Shown: positions 27,846 to 38,222 of the stretch, in pieces
How positions within the stretch are numbered: position 1 is the first letter of the stretch
How the letters are laid out: each line of letters opens with the position of its first letter
Assembly (NCBI GenBank): GCA_046052065.1
Contig: JBJOND010000006.1
Span: forward strand, 1-53,313
Direction: 5' to 3'
Source: Bacteroidota bacterium
GTDB lineage: Bacteria; Bacteroidota; Bacteroidia; AKYH767-A; OLB10
DNA length: 53,313 nt
Notes under the pieces: model-generated
Database searches by the model: none
What the model saw: only the letters and a program-made list of their open reading frames with translations
Told to the model about the DNA's origin: nothing
Program-made: the position numbers and the translations under genes

Positions 27846-28199
27846 ATGAAAAACACAATTGTTCCTCCAACACAAAATGCGATGATGTCATTGGCCTTAT
27901 ATCGCGAAGAAACAACCTGGAAATTTGATGATGACCGAAAGGGTATTATTGCAGAGCCCTTTGTATTAGGCATGTCAGAAATTATCAGTTCGTATTTAAC
28001 AGAAGGAAAAGAAACATCGACAATCATTTTCAGTGCAAATCCGTTTCCGGGCGCACACTGTTTAAAGTTAGAAAGAGAAGAATCAAATGGAGGCTGGTAC
28101 CAAGTAAAAGAAACGGAAATGCGTGGTTGGTTATGTCCGGTAACGAGAGTTTATATGGGAGGAATTCCCTCTCAAATTTACTTTCATGTGTTTGGATAA
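27846..28199 (+). CDS. DUF6717-like hypothetical protein
   Basis: WKFDD, EPFVLG, FSANPFPG, GGWY and GWLCP pattern; family assigned from memory. Confidence 0.65.
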   Translation: MKNTIVPPTQNAMMSLALYREETTWKFDDDRKGIIAEPFVLGMSEIISSYLTEGKETSTIIFSANPFPGAHCLKLEREESNGGWYQVKETEMRGWLCPVTRVYMGGIPSQIYFHVFG

Positions 28200-28425
28200 T
28201 TGTTGAAATGAAAAATGTATTTAAAAGAATTTCCAGCATTGTGTAGGCTTGATGAATCATTTCATAAATCCTATAACCCCCGGCCTTCATTTTTGAAGGA
28301 CAATGCAACGGTGTTAAAATAATTTTACACCGATTTTTTGGAAGGAGTGGTGCAGCGTATCTCTTTTAGGAGGTATTGCTGCATTATTCTTTCATAAATT
28401 AATTTAATTATATAAATTTACGATA

Positions 28426-29679
28426 ATGATTGTACATTTAATTAGAACCAAGGGAGTAAGCGACGAATTATATTTCGGTTGCCATGAATTTTTAAATCAA
28501 TTTGTAGGGCCTTATAGCTTTGTAATGAGTGATAAACCTAGAGAGATCACTATTAAAGATGAGATCAGATTTGTTAAGCCGGAAGACCCGAGATATGCTA
28601 TAAAAGAAAAAATTCGATATAGTCAATATATGCCTCCAGCAGAAAGTAAAATTCAAGAACGCAAATCTTGGAGGGATTTATTTCGAATCAACAATAAATA
28701 TAGAAAGTCAAAGGATGTTAAAGAATCTAATCTGCATGATTCAAGGCGATTTGAGATACTTGAAGATCGTAATGAGGATTATGCTCCAGCTTCATTTCAT
28801 TCTGAACCGGTCGTAGAAGAACTTTCTGATTTTTATTTTTCAGAAAATGCAGAACCATATATTGTTATTCTCTTAACCGAACATGCTAATCATGAAAATT
28901 GGTTTGTAGGATATGACCCAAATTTGAAAGGCAATTATTTTATTCATACCGATGGATGGGATCATTTTACCTCGGGAGATCCTCGATATCCTATCTGTTA
29001 TCATATTGTGAGTACGCTTTTAAAACATTCAATGTTTGATAATCCTCAAGAGATGGGTAACTATATGCACTATGAATCGAAAGGATGTATGATGGACTTT
29101 TGTCAGAACAAATCAGAGGTAATGTTAAAGCTCCGTACTGCTGATGTTTGTCCTGATTGCCAGGATTTGATTCGAAAGAAAAGTATACCACATATGCAAT
29201 TGCGTTATACGTTCGATGTGATGGAGGATATTCGCAGGCAGTTGTTGTTTAAAGATCGTTACGACTTATTGAGACAAGCAACTCCAATGTTGATTAAAGG
29301 CCGTGCTCAAAAAATTGTATTGCCAGAGATGGGAATGTTGCAAATAAATTTATCTCCTACAGAAAGGGCCGTTTATCTTTTATTTTTAAACCATCCTGAA
29401 GGAATTCGGTTGGCAGAAATGGGAGACTATAAAGCAGAATTACGAGGTATACTAAATAAGGTAAGTCCGAGTGATAGTAGAGAAACAATTGAAGGTCAGC
29501 TTGAGAATTTGTGCGAATACAACAGCAATTCTTTGAGTGAGAAAATGTCGAGGATAAAAAGAAAGTTCGATGAAAAGTTGGGAGCGGCTATGTCGGAACA
29601 TTATTACATAAAAGGGCCTAATGGTGGAATTAAAAAAATAGACTTAGATAGAAATCTGTTAAAATTCGAAGATAACTAG
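28426..29679 (+). CDS. Hypothetical protein: archaemetzincin-like Cys/Met module lacking HExxH, plus a C-terminal winged-HTH-like domain
   Basis: H-x5-C-x-M-x18-CPDC, then LSPTERAVYLLFLNHPEGI...SLSEKMSRIKRKF...YYIKG. Confidence 0.6.
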   Translation: MIVHLIRTKGVSDELYFGCHEFLNQFVGPYSFVMSDKPREITIKDEIRFVKPEDPRYAIKEKIRYSQYMPPAESKIQERKSWRDLFRINNKYRKSKDVKESNLHDSRRFEILEDRNEDYAPASFHSEPVVEELSDFYFSENAEPYIVILLTEHANHENWFVGYDPNLKGNYFIHTDGWDHFTSGDPRYPICYHIVSTLLKHSMFDNPQEMGNYMHYESKGCMMDFCQNKSEVMLKLRTADVCPDCQDLIRKKSIPHMQLRYTFDVMEDIRRQLLFKDRYDLLRQATPMLIKGRAQKIVLPEMGMLQINLSPTERAVYLLFLNHPEGIRLAEMGDYKAELRGILNKVSPSDSRETIEGQLENLCEYNSNSLSEKMSRIKRKFDEKLGAAMSEHYYIKGPNGGIKKIDLDRNLLKFEDN

Positions 29680-29755
29680 TTTTTACATAGTAGAATAGTT
29701 TTTTTGTTATGCTTCATTTCGTTACTTTTGACGAAAGTAAAAAAATAAAAAAATT

Positions 29756-30289
29756 ATGAATAAGCAATTATGGGTAATTGATCCCGTTCACTCTGACATC
29801 TCTTTCAAAGTACGTCACATGATGATTACTAACGTGACTGGTACATTTGACAATTTTACAGCGAAGATGCATTCTTCTGAAAAAGATTTTTCAGATGCTG
29901 AAATCGATTTCGAAGCACAGATAGATTCTGTTAATACGCGTAATGAGCAACGTGATGGTCACTTGAAAAGTGATGATTTCTTCAGCGCGGCTACTTATCC
30001 AACAGTAACTTTCGCTCACGGAAAATTAAAAAGCAAGGGTGATCATAAGTATGATTTGATGGGTGATATTACTATCAAAGGTGTAACGAAACCTATCACA
30101 TTGGCTTGTGAATTTACAGGAACTGTAATTGATCCTTGGGGACAAGCTAAGGCAGGTTTTGAAATTAATGCAGTAATCAATCGTTCAGAATTTGGTTTAA
30201 CATGGAATGCAAGTAATGAAGAGGGAGATGTTGTATTGGCGGAAGAAGTAAAGCTTGCTTTAAACATCCAGATGATTAAGCAAATGTAA
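29756..30289 (+). CDS. yceI: YceI family polyisoprenoid-binding protein
   Basis: [32 protein letters not shown] and DPWG. Confidence 0.92.
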   Translation: MNKQLWVIDPVHSDISFKVRHMMITNVTGTFDNFTAKMHSSEKDFSDAEIDFEAQIDSVNTRNEQRDGHLKSDDFFSAATYPTVTFAHGKLKSKGDHKYDLMGDITIKGVTKPITLACEFTGTVIDPWGQAKAGFEINAVINRSEFGLTWNASNEEGDVVLAEEVKLALNIQMIKQM

Positions 30290-30294
30290 TTTTG

Positions 30295-32832
30295 ATGATA
30301 CAGAATTTAAGAAAGAACATCTATCGTTGGTTAAAGGCTAGGCTAAAAACTGAACAACGGATGTTCTTTTTTTATGGTGCTTTATTTGGAAGTGCATTTC
30401 CAATTGTTGGTACCTTGTGGCAAAGTTTATTTGCCTATAATAGTTTGTCTCCAACACATTGGATGATGTGTCAGATGGAAGCACCTACCTTGTGGATTAT
30501 TGATTTAGCTCCGTTGGTGTTGGCCATTGTTGCATCGTATGCTGGTCGTGCTTTAGATTTAATTAATCAAAAGAACGTAGAAGCAAACGAACGCTATATG
30601 CAAATGGCCAAGCTTCGTGAATCAGCTGATGCAGCCAATAAATCAAAAGGAGAATTTTTAGCGAACATGTCGCATGAGATTCGTACGCCCATGAATGCTA
30701 TCATTGGGATGAGTTATCTGATGAAGAAAACTTCACTCAATGAAAAGCAAAAAGATTACAATCATAAAATAGAAGTTTCTGCTCGTAATTTATTGCGAAT
30801 CATAGATGACATTCTCGACTTTTCAAAAATTGAAGCAGGGAAACTGACGCTCGAACATTCGAATTTATTTTTAGATGAATTAATTTCTGAAGTATCGGAT
30901 GCAGTGAATGTGAAACTGCAAAATAAAAATGAAGTTGAATTAGTAACTTCTGTCGATCCACTTATTCCACCGGTTATTTTAGGAGATAGTGTTCGTTTAC
31001 GTCAGGTATTATTGAATTTAACTGATAACGCAGCGAAGTTTACGAAAGCAGGTGAAGTGAAATTATCTGCGAAGCTCGTTAAGAAATTATCTTACGGATT
31101 AATCATTCACTTTAGTGTGGAGGATACAGGGATTGGTATTTCGCAAGAGCAAATAGACAAGTTATTTTCTCCTTTTCAGCAAGCAGATTTGTCGACTACA
31201 CGAAAATTTGGTGGTACTGGATTAGGTCTTGTAATTTGCAAGCGTATTGTTGAAATGATGGATGGAGAATTAGATGTGCAGAGCAAGGAAGGGAAGGGGT
31301 CTGTGTTTTCATTTAATGCATTTTTTAGTTTGGCAGATTCTCAAGAAGATGAAACAGAAGTTGTAGTTTCAATGAAGGGACGTAAAGCCTTACTCGTTGA
31401 TGACTCAGAATCGGCTCGCATTGTATTAAATGAAATGTTGAATTCATTAGGCTTTGATGTAGTTGTTGCTAACGATGCATTTGAAGCCATTGAGATTTTT
31501 GAGAAAGAACAAAAATCAGATAAGCATTTATCGTTGATGGTTGTCGACTGGCAAATGCCAGGAATGGATGGATTGCAATTAGTGCGTGAAATAAAAGCCA
31601 AAGAAGGATTAGAGGTTCCTTCTATTTTAATGGTGACCGCTTACGGATTAGAATCAGTGCGCGAAGCAGCTAAGCAGAAATTAGTCGATGGTGTTTTATT
31701 AAAACCAATTAATACTTCTACGTTAAACGATACACTCAATAGCATTCTTCATCTGAACGATAAAAAGAGTGGAACTAAATTTAACGCCGATAACGAAGGT
31801 GACCTATCCATCTTTAAAGGTTATTTGGAAGGGGTGCGAGTGTTATTAGTAGAGGATAATGATATCAATTTACAGCTTGCAGAAGAATTACTATCGGATG
31901 TAGGTGTAATCTATTCTGCTGCACGTAACGGATTAGAAGCAGTTGATAAGGTTAATACAGAAACGTTTGATGCCGTGTTGATGGATATTCAAATGCCAGA
32001 GATGGATGGCTTAACAGCTACAAAAAAAATCAGAGAGGATAAACGCAAAGACAATCTTCCAATTATAGCCATGACAGCGCATGCGTTGAAAGGCGAGAAA
32101 GAGAAAAGTCTAGCAGCTGGTATGAATGATCATATCACTAAACCGATTGATCCAACTATTTTATACAAGGCGCTCATTAAATATGTGAAAGGTATTGATG
32201 TCAATCAAAATGCTACAGTCGTAACGAAAGAAAATAAATTCGTATTAGAAATAGAAGGACTCGATGTAAAAGAAGGATTAAATCGCATTGGAGGTAAAGT
32301 TGATTCTTATAAGAAATTGCTGGAAACTTTTATCAGAAATTATGAAAACACTTCTGATGTAGTTTTGAAATGGAAGTCTGAAAATAATTTGAAAGAACTA
32401 GCGCCTCTAATGCATACCATTGCAGGTGTTTGTGGAAATATTGGTGCGAAGGAAATTTACGTAGTGGCGTATCCGTTATCTCATGCATTTAAAATAATGG
32501 CTGACGAGAATTCGGGTACATTAACAATTCCTCAGCAAAAACAATTGGAGTATATTGCAGATAAGTTACAAAAGTTGGTTTCTGATTTAAAGCAGAAGCT
32601 AACATCATCAGAAGCTAACGACGATTCAAAAGCAATAATCACAGATGATGAATGGTTATCCAAGATTGAAGTATTGAAAAAACTCATTGAAGGTCAAGAT
32701 GGAACAGCAGTAGATGTATGTCAAACACTTTTAACTACAGTTCAATTATCTGACGATAAAAAAGCAACGCTCGTAAAAATTAAAAATCTGCTCGATGAAT
32801 TTGAATTCGACGAAGCATTATCATTATTATAG
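30295..32832 (+). CDS. Membrane hybrid sensor histidine kinase (HisKA-HATPase-REC-REC-Hpt)
   Basis: [35 protein letters not shown], two receivers (DWQMP, DIQMP) and an Hpt ([12 protein letters not shown]). Confidence 0.93.
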   Translation: MIQNLRKNIYRWLKARLKTEQRMFFFYGALFGSAFPIVGTLWQSLFAYNSLSPTHWMMCQMEAPTLWIIDLAPLVLAIVASYAGRALDLINQKNVEANERYMQMAKLRESADAANKSKGEFLANMSHEIRTPMNAIIGMSYLMKKTSLNEKQKDYNHKIEVSARNLLRIIDDILDFSKIEAGKLTLEHSNLFLDELISEVSDAVNVKLQNKNEVELVTSVDPLIPPVILGDSVRLRQVLLNLTDNAAKFTKAGEVKLSAKLVKKLSYGLIIHFSVEDTGIGISQEQIDKLFSPFQQADLSTTRKFGGTGLGLVICKRIVEMMDGELDVQSKEGKGSVFSFNAFFSLADSQEDETEVVVSMKGRKALLVDDSESARIVLNEMLNSLGFDVVVANDAFEAIEIFEKEQKSDKHLSLMVVDWQMPGMDGLQLVREIKAKEGLEVPSILMVTAYGLESVREAAKQKLVDGVLLKPINTSTLNDTLNSILHLNDKKSGTKFNADNEGDLSIFKGYLEGVRVLLVEDNDINLQLAEELLSDVGVIYSAARNGLEAVDKVNTETFDAVLMDIQMPEMDGLTATKKIREDKRKDNLPIIAMTAHALKGEKEKSLAAGMNDHITKPIDPTILYKALIKYVKGIDVNQNATVVTKENKFVLEIEGLDVKEGLNRIGGKVDSYKKLLETFIRNYENTSDVVLKWKSENNLKELAPLMHTIAGVCGNIGAKEIYVVAYPLSHAFKIMADENSGTLTIPQQKQLEYIADKLQKLVSDLKQKLTSSEANDDSKAIITDDEWLSKIEVLKKLIEGQDGTAVDVCQTLLTTVQLSDDKKATLVKIKNLLDEFEFDEALSLL

Positions 32833-32834
32833 AA

Positions 32835-33848
32835 TTGGAATACGTTAGTCCCTTACCGATAGTATTAGTTGTTGATGATGCCGTAGAAAATCTACAAGTA
32901 TTGTCAGGTTTATTGAAGGATAAATATCGCATTAAGATTGCGAAGAACGGAGAGAAAGCGTTAGAGCTTGCCAATGCATCAGAGAAACCGAACTTAATTT
33001 TGTTAGATGTTGTGATGCCTGGCATGTCGGGATTTGAAGTCTGTGCACAGTTAAAGTCTGATGAGTCTACGAAAAATATACCTGTTATTTTTATTACTGC
33101 ATTAAACGAGGCTACTGACGAAACAAAAGGGTTCTCGGTAGGTGGCGCTGATTTTATTGCAAAGCCTTTTCATCCGGAAGTGGTACTCGCGCGTATTCAA
33201 ACGCATATCGAACTACAAGCAGCAAAACAGAAGTCGGATACACTCTTAAAAGTGTTGTTGCCTGAGAATGTAGTCAACGATTTAATTAATAAGGGTAAGC
33301 ATATCCCCGAAATTCATAATAACGTAAGTATTTTGTTTTTCGATTTTGTTGGATTTACCAATATGACAACGCAAATGAATCCTCAGGTGTTAATCGAGGA
33401 GTTATCGGGTATATTTACCGACTTTGATGAAATCTGTTCAAAGCATCATGCTACTCGTATCAAAACAATTGGTGATGCTTATATGGCAACAACAGGTTTA
33501 GGGACTGATGATAAAAACCATTCGGTGAATCTGGTGAATACAGCAATTGATTTTATCAACTATTTAAATAATCGTAATCAAACAGCGGAATTTAAATGGC
33601 AATGCCGAATAGGAATTCATTCTGGCAGTGTTATCGCGGGGATCATTGGCAAGAATCGTTTTGCCTATGATATTTTAGGAGATGACGTAAACATTGCAGC
33701 CAAAGTAGAAAGTGCAGGTGTTCCAATGAAAGTTACCATCACAGAAGCAACTAAACAGCTCTGTGCGAATGAATTTGTTTCAGAAAGTATTGGAAAGGTA
33801 ATGTTGAAGCGTCGTGGCGAAATGGAGTTGTTTGTCGTTACGCCTTAA
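32835..33848 (+). CDS. Response regulator fused to a class III adenylate/guanylate cyclase
   Basis: Receiver (VDD, DVVMP, KPF), then SILFFDFVGFT, IKTIGDAYM, RIGIHSG and YDILGDDVNIAAKVES; TTG start. Confidence 0.9.
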   Translation: MEYVSPLPIVLVVDDAVENLQVLSGLLKDKYRIKIAKNGEKALELANASEKPNLILLDVVMPGMSGFEVCAQLKSDESTKNIPVIFITALNEATDETKGFSVGGADFIAKPFHPEVVLARIQTHIELQAAKQKSDTLLKVLLPENVVNDLINKGKHIPEIHNNVSILFFDFVGFTNMTTQMNPQVLIEELSGIFTDFDEICSKHHATRIKTIGDAYMATTGLGTDDKNHSVNLVNTAIDFINYLNNRNQTAEFKWQCRIGIHSGSVIAGIIGKNRFAYDILGDDVNIAAKVESAGVPMKVTITEATKQLCANEFVSESIGKVMLKRRGEMELFVVTP

Positions 33849-34620
33849 CCGTTACATTGATTTTTTCCTGAACTGAATCCCAAAGTAATTTTCTTGATTG
33901 TAATGCAGCAATGGTAGCTTCGGTTGCTTCCTTCCATTTTTGTTCATCGTCACCGCAAAGCTCTTCTGTCATTTCTAATGCTAAATGAGAATGATGTCCG
34001 CCATCAACTTCTATATGACGCTCGATGTAATAATGCAACGTCTCAAGCTGATCAGGGAACTGTGCTTTTAATGTTTTGATGATTTCTATAAACATATCTG
34101 GAATCAAATCTTCACGCCCGAAAGTAAATACCGCTGCAACAACATGTAGTTTATTGGTGTGAATAAATTCAAACGTTTGATTTAAAAAATGATTCGGTCC
34201 ATCAGGTAAACTAGATGCAGCAATTGCTTCTTCAATTGTTTTCCCTGATTGAAGGTGGTGAATTAAATGGGAGATAGTTTTTGTATCGCAACCAATTTCA
34301 TTCATGGCGCGCAAGTATAATTCAAAATGACTGATTCTGTTGCCATGCTGATCTACATCACTTTCTTCGCCAGTTACAATTTCATTAATTAAAAAGCGAG
34401 TATTAGCACTTCCTACTGGCATCCAGGGCAAGGTAGTGCAGGTTAAGTTTATTTGTAAATATTTTAACAGCGACATAAAATCCCATACCGCAAAAACATG
34501 ATGCTCCATGAAGGACTCAATATCTGAAATCGTGTCGATGGACGAATATAATGGATGGCTAATTAATGCTTCTCGATACGGGGCAATGGCAGATTGTAAT
34601 TTTTCAGTATTTGGATTCAT
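33838..34620 (-). CDS. DUF3050 family protein (heme-oxygenase-like fold)
   Basis: FMEHHVFAVWDFMSLLK, INEIVTGEESD, SHFELY, FGREDLIP and RHIEVDG. Confidence 0.85.
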   Translation of the reverse strand: MNPNTEKLQSAIAPYREALISHPLYSSIDTISDIESFMEHHVFAVWDFMSLLKYLQINLTCTTLPWMPVGSANTRFLINEIVTGEESDVDQHGNRISHFELYLRAMNEIGCDTKTISHLIHHLQSGKTIEEAIAASSLPDGPNHFLNQTFEFIHTNKLHVVAAVFTFGREDLIPDMFIEIIKTLKAQFPDQLETLHYYIERHIEVDGGHHSHLALEMTEELCGDDEQKWKEATEATIAALQSRKLLWDSVQEKINVTVKA

Positions 34621-34643
34621 ATCGCTTAAACAACAGGGGAAGT

Positions 34644-35823
34644 AATTCAGTTTTGGTAATTATTAAATTTCTGCAAAAATAACTGAATCCAACTTTTAAT
34701 CACTCTTTAAAAAACTTCTTACTAATAATTTCATTCGCTGAAACAAACTGAATAATATACATATTAGAAGGTAAAGAAGTAATATCAATATTTAAGGAAT
34801 TTGCAGAATTGGGCTTGAAATTTTGGTTTAGCAATACTTTACCTTGAACATCAATTATTCGATATTGTGAAAATTGCGAACTTATTCCTTTAATTGTGAT
34901 GGAACTTGTTGCTGGATTTGGGAAAAAAGTTATTGTATTTAGATTTAACTGATTTTCCTTTATTCCCGTCCATGTTGCGGCATACAATGAATCAGTAGAT
35001 AAACATACATCATCAATGAAATAATAAGCAGCAGCATATTGATAGGTTAAACTATCATTATCCAAATTCATGGTATCTGTATGTGCATCATCAAAGAAAT
35101 TACCAATCATTAATTTTGAGAAACTACCGTTCGAAATAAAAGAACCACTTATTTTAACCCATTGTGCTGTATCAATGTGATAAGTCGTGTCATAATAGTC
35201 TGCTATGTTGTTTATTGGCACAGGATTTAATGGAGTGTAGTTTGAATTTGTAAGCTTTACTCCAATACGATTAGTAGCTAATTGGCATACCCACGGATAC
35301 TTACTATATGCTTGATTAATGAACATAGAAAAGTAATAAGTATTGCCAGATATTGTATTTTGAATTAAATTTATTCCAGCTATTTCTCTATTTACTCCCT
35401 GCGAAGCTAGTTGAGTTGCATAAGTTGCAATTCCAATCATTTTATTTCCACTATGCGGAAATTGATAAGATGGACCTGTATTGGGGACAATATCAATTTG
35501 ACTACAATCTGTCCAATAGTCTGGCGAATATTTACAAGAATACCAATTCTCACATTGACTAATTCCTCCAACTCCAGTATAGAGGCACATTAGAGTGTCT
35601 TCAAAACTAGGATTAGACACTAGGTTTAACTGTGCTTTGCATTTTCCACTTAGTGCTATTATCGCAATAAAAATTAAAAATTTAAATTTCATTTATTCTT
35701 TATTACTACTTTACTTGAATAGGTTTGAGTAAATTTAACTAAAACTATTGAATAAATAATTTAACAAAGAACTAATAAGAGAAAGAAATTCAATTTTGTT
35801 TGTTATTAAATTTCTGCAAAAAT
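34644..35823. repeat. 37-bp direct repeats (34644-34680 / 35787-35823) bracketing a T9SS gene
   Basis: aattcagttttggtaattattaaatttctgcaaaaat versus aattcaattttgtttgttattaaatttctgcaaaaat: 33/37 identical, last 21 bp exact. Confidence 0.8.
34700..35692 (-). CDS. T9SS type A sorting-domain protein
   Basis: Signal peptide, NLVSNPSFE, SPDY, YYFIDDV, FPNPA and terminal KKFFKE. Confidence 0.85.
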   Translation of the reverse strand: MKFKFLIFIAIIALSGKCKAQLNLVSNPSFEDTLMCLYTGVGGISQCENWYSCKYSPDYWTDCSQIDIVPNTGPSYQFPHSGNKMIGIATYATQLASQGVNREIAGINLIQNTISGNTYYFSMFINQAYSKYPWVCQLATNRIGVKLTNSNYTPLNPVPINNIADYYDTTYHIDTAQWVKISGSFISNGSFSKLMIGNFFDDAHTDTMNLDNDSLTYQYAAAYYFIDDVCLSTDSLYAATWTGIKENQLNLNTITFFPNPATSSITIKGISSQFSQYRIIDVQGKVLLNQNFKPNSANSLNIDITSLPSNMYIIQFVSANEIISKKFFKE

Positions 35824-35881
35824 CAACATTTATCATTTAATTCGCGAGTCAAAATATTTATCATTGCAAAAAAATTACATC

Positions 35882-36448
35882 ATGAAAAATAAACATATTT
35901 TATTCCTTTTACTGATTTCATTAATCAGCATTTCATCTTGTACGATGGAGAAAAGACATTATCAATCGGGTTATTACATCGATTGGAAGAATAATGTGAA
36001 AAATACTGCAGCTGAAAGAACCACTCCAACAAATATCGAGCGAATCAATGCTAAGACCATTGAAACGACTCCGTTTTCGGCTTCCACAAATGAGGATATT
36101 ATTTTAACCACTTCGACGAATTCTGACATTTCTACATTCAAAACTGAAAAAAATACGAGTGATGTAAAAGCATCTGAAAAGGCACAATCAAAACTTACTG
36201 TTAAAGACAAGATTAAAGTTGTAAAGGCAGTCAATAAAATGAAAAAGGCAACCAAGCGTAGTGATGCTGATGGTATTCCTACAGTTTTGTTATTTGTTTT
36301 AGCGGTATTATTGCCTCCTCTTGCTGTTGGTCTAGTTACTGATTGGGACCTAGAGCAAACATTAATAAGCGTCGGACTAACCTTTTTATGTTGGTTACCT
36401 GGAATCATACACGCTATCATTGTAGTGGATAGAAACCGAGGGTATTAA
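35882..36448 (+). CDS. Lipoprotein with a C-terminal YqaE/Pmp3 membrane hairpin
   Basis: Lipobox ISSC; AVLLPPLAVGL...LTFLCWLPGIIHAI. Confidence 0.8.
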   Translation: MKNKHILFLLLISLISISSCTMEKRHYQSGYYIDWKNNVKNTAAERTTPTNIERINAKTIETTPFSASTNEDIILTTSTNSDISTFKTEKNTSDVKASEKAQSKLTVKDKIKVVKAVNKMKKATKRSDADGIPTVLLFVLAVLLPPLAVGLVTDWDLEQTLISVGLTFLCWLPGIIHAIIVVDRNRGY

Positions 36449-36450
36449 TC

Positions 36451-36741
36451 TTGAAGTATAAAATTCAATTGATATTGTTGCTGGTATTACCTATCATTTT
36501 GTGGGTACTACCAGCTTCTTTTTTTGATAAAGGACAGAGTTTATGTTTATCTGTTTTACTACTTGATAAAACATGCTACGGATGTGGCATTACGCGAGCA
36601 GTTCAACATTGTTTGCACGGAGAATTTTTAATCGGGTATCAGTTCAATCCATTAGTTGTAATCGTTTTGCCTTTATTAATTTATTTATGGGCCAAAATGA
36701 TAATCTTTAATTGGAAGTCACTTACAAGTTCGAAAAAATAA
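36451..36741 (+). CDS. DUF2752-like membrane protein
   Basis: C...CYGCGITRA...FNPL; TTG start. Confidence 0.78.
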   Translation: MKYKIQLILLLVLPIILWVLPASFFDKGQSLCLSVLLLDKTCYGCGITRAVQHCLHGEFLIGYQFNPLVVIVLPLLIYLWAKMIIFNWKSLTSSKK

Positions 36742-36767
36742 TACATTTGAATTCACAATTGAAAATC

Positions 36768-37271
36768 ATGAAACACATCCATTTAGTCATTACATTATCC
36801 ATTCTATTTCTTGCATCGTGTACAACACAGCATGCTATTACAACCAAAACAACAGACATTTACGGTGTAGGTGTAATACAAAAACCTGTGTTAGCTGATA
36901 TGGAGGTAAAAGAAGAAAAAACTTCAGCTACCATCAATGCACGTGGAAAACGTATCAATGACGATTTAAAAAATAAGGCAGTAGCAGAAGCAGTTAAAAA
37001 ATCGAATGCTGATGTATTAGTCGAGCCACGATTTGAATCGACTATCAAAGGAAGAAAAATCACATTGACAGTAACGGGATATCCGGCAACTTATAAAAAC
37101 TTCCACACAATAAAACAGGAGGAAGTAGAGTTATTAAAAGCCGGAAAAGTACAGCAAGTAAATACGATGGATACTAATCAGATTAAATCCAAAGGAGGTA
37201 AAGTCGTTTTAGCAGTAGGTTTAGGAATTATCCTCGTTGTTTCGTTGATTATTGCGATTTTTCCAGGTTAA
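36768..37271 (+). CDS. Hypothetical lipoprotein with a C-terminal TM helix
   Basis: Lipobox FLASC, ADVLVEPRF, VTGYPA and a hydrophobic C-terminus. Confidence 0.65.
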   Translation: MKHIHLVITLSILFLASCTTQHAITTKTTDIYGVGVIQKPVLADMEVKEEKTSATINARGKRINDDLKNKAVAEAVKKSNADVLVEPRFESTIKGRKITLTVTGYPATYKNFHTIKQEEVELLKAGKVQQVNTMDTNQIKSKGGKVVLAVGLGIILVVSLIIAIFPG

Positions 37272-37303
37272 TAGAGTAACTTCATATAAATTTTCTGAAA
37301 AAC

Positions 37304-38038
37304 ATGTTTAAATCAAACCTTACCTCTATTGTTTATTCTATTGCTATTATCGTTGCAGCTTTTGCTTTAGGTAATTCCATCATGAATCGTAATAAGCCTG
37401 ATAATGTAATATCAGTAACAGGACTTGGGGAAATAAATTTCACATCTGATTTAATTGTTTGGGAAGGTTCTTTCGCTCGTCAGGATATGGATATGAAAGC
37501 AGCTTCGGCAGCGCTTAATGCAGATAAAACTGCCATCGAAAAATACCTTATAACAAAAGGTCTTGATAAAAAATCATTGGTGTTTAGTTCTATCTCTGTT
37601 GAGAATTTAACTACCTACCGTTATGGTAATAATGGAGAAGTAGTAGGACAAGATTTCGCGGGATACAAACTCACTCAGTCGGTTGAAATTACCTCTTCAA
37701 AAATTGATCAGGTAGAAGAAGTGTCGCGTAATATTACAGAGTTAATTAACGAAGGCATTCAATTGAATTCCCAAGCACCTCGTTATTATTATACAAAGCT
37801 GGCCGATTTAAAACTTTCATTAGTCTCAAAAGCTACAAAGGATGCACGTGAGCGTGCTGAAAAAATTGCGGAAGAATCTGGAAGCCATATCGATAAACTA
37901 ACCACCGCTCAAATGGGAATTATTCAGATTACCGGACAAAACTCGGGCGAAGATTATTCATGGGGAGGGGCTTATAATACTTCTTCTCGCGAGAAAACGG
38001 CTTCTATAACCATGAAATTGAACTATAAACTGGACTAA
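37304..38038 (+). CDS. SIMPL domain protein (DUF541)
   Basis: N-terminal TM segment, ISVTGLGE, YKLTQSVEITS and ATKDARERAEKIA. Confidence 0.85.
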   Translation: MFKSNLTSIVYSIAIIVAAFALGNSIMNRNKPDNVISVTGLGEINFTSDLIVWEGSFARQDMDMKAASAALNADKTAIEKYLITKGLDKKSLVFSSISVENLTTYRYGNNGEVVGQDFAGYKLTQSVEITSSKIDQVEEVSRNITELINEGIQLNSQAPRYYYTKLADLKLSLVSKATKDARERAEKIAEESGSHIDKLTTAQMGIIQITGQNSGEDYSWGGAYNTSSREKTASITMKLNYKLD

Positions 38039-38063
38039 ACAGCTCCGTTTTTAACAATATTAG

Positions 38064-38090
38064 AAAGTCGCTCAAATGGGCGGCTTTTTT
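38064..38090 (+). terminator. Intrinsic terminator
   Basis: aaagtcgctc-aaat-gggcggcttt followed by T residues. Confidence 0.7.
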
Positions 38091-38156
38091 CATTAATCTA
38101 CTTAATCAAACTATACGTTTTTTAGAGCGAAAATCTTTTTGACCATCTATTAACAT

Positions 38157-38203
38157 TTCCTATATAGAATTGTTCTAAATAGGAATTTTTCATCGTATCT
38201 TTG
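38157..38203 (+). promoter_or_regulatory. suf promoter with a palindromic operator (Fur-like)
   Basis: ttcctatatagaa-ttg-ttctaaataggaa (12/13 symmetric) just upstream of the TATCTTTG -7 box at 38196-38203. Confidence 0.65.
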
Positions 38204-38222
38204 CCATCAAATTGTTAATAAC

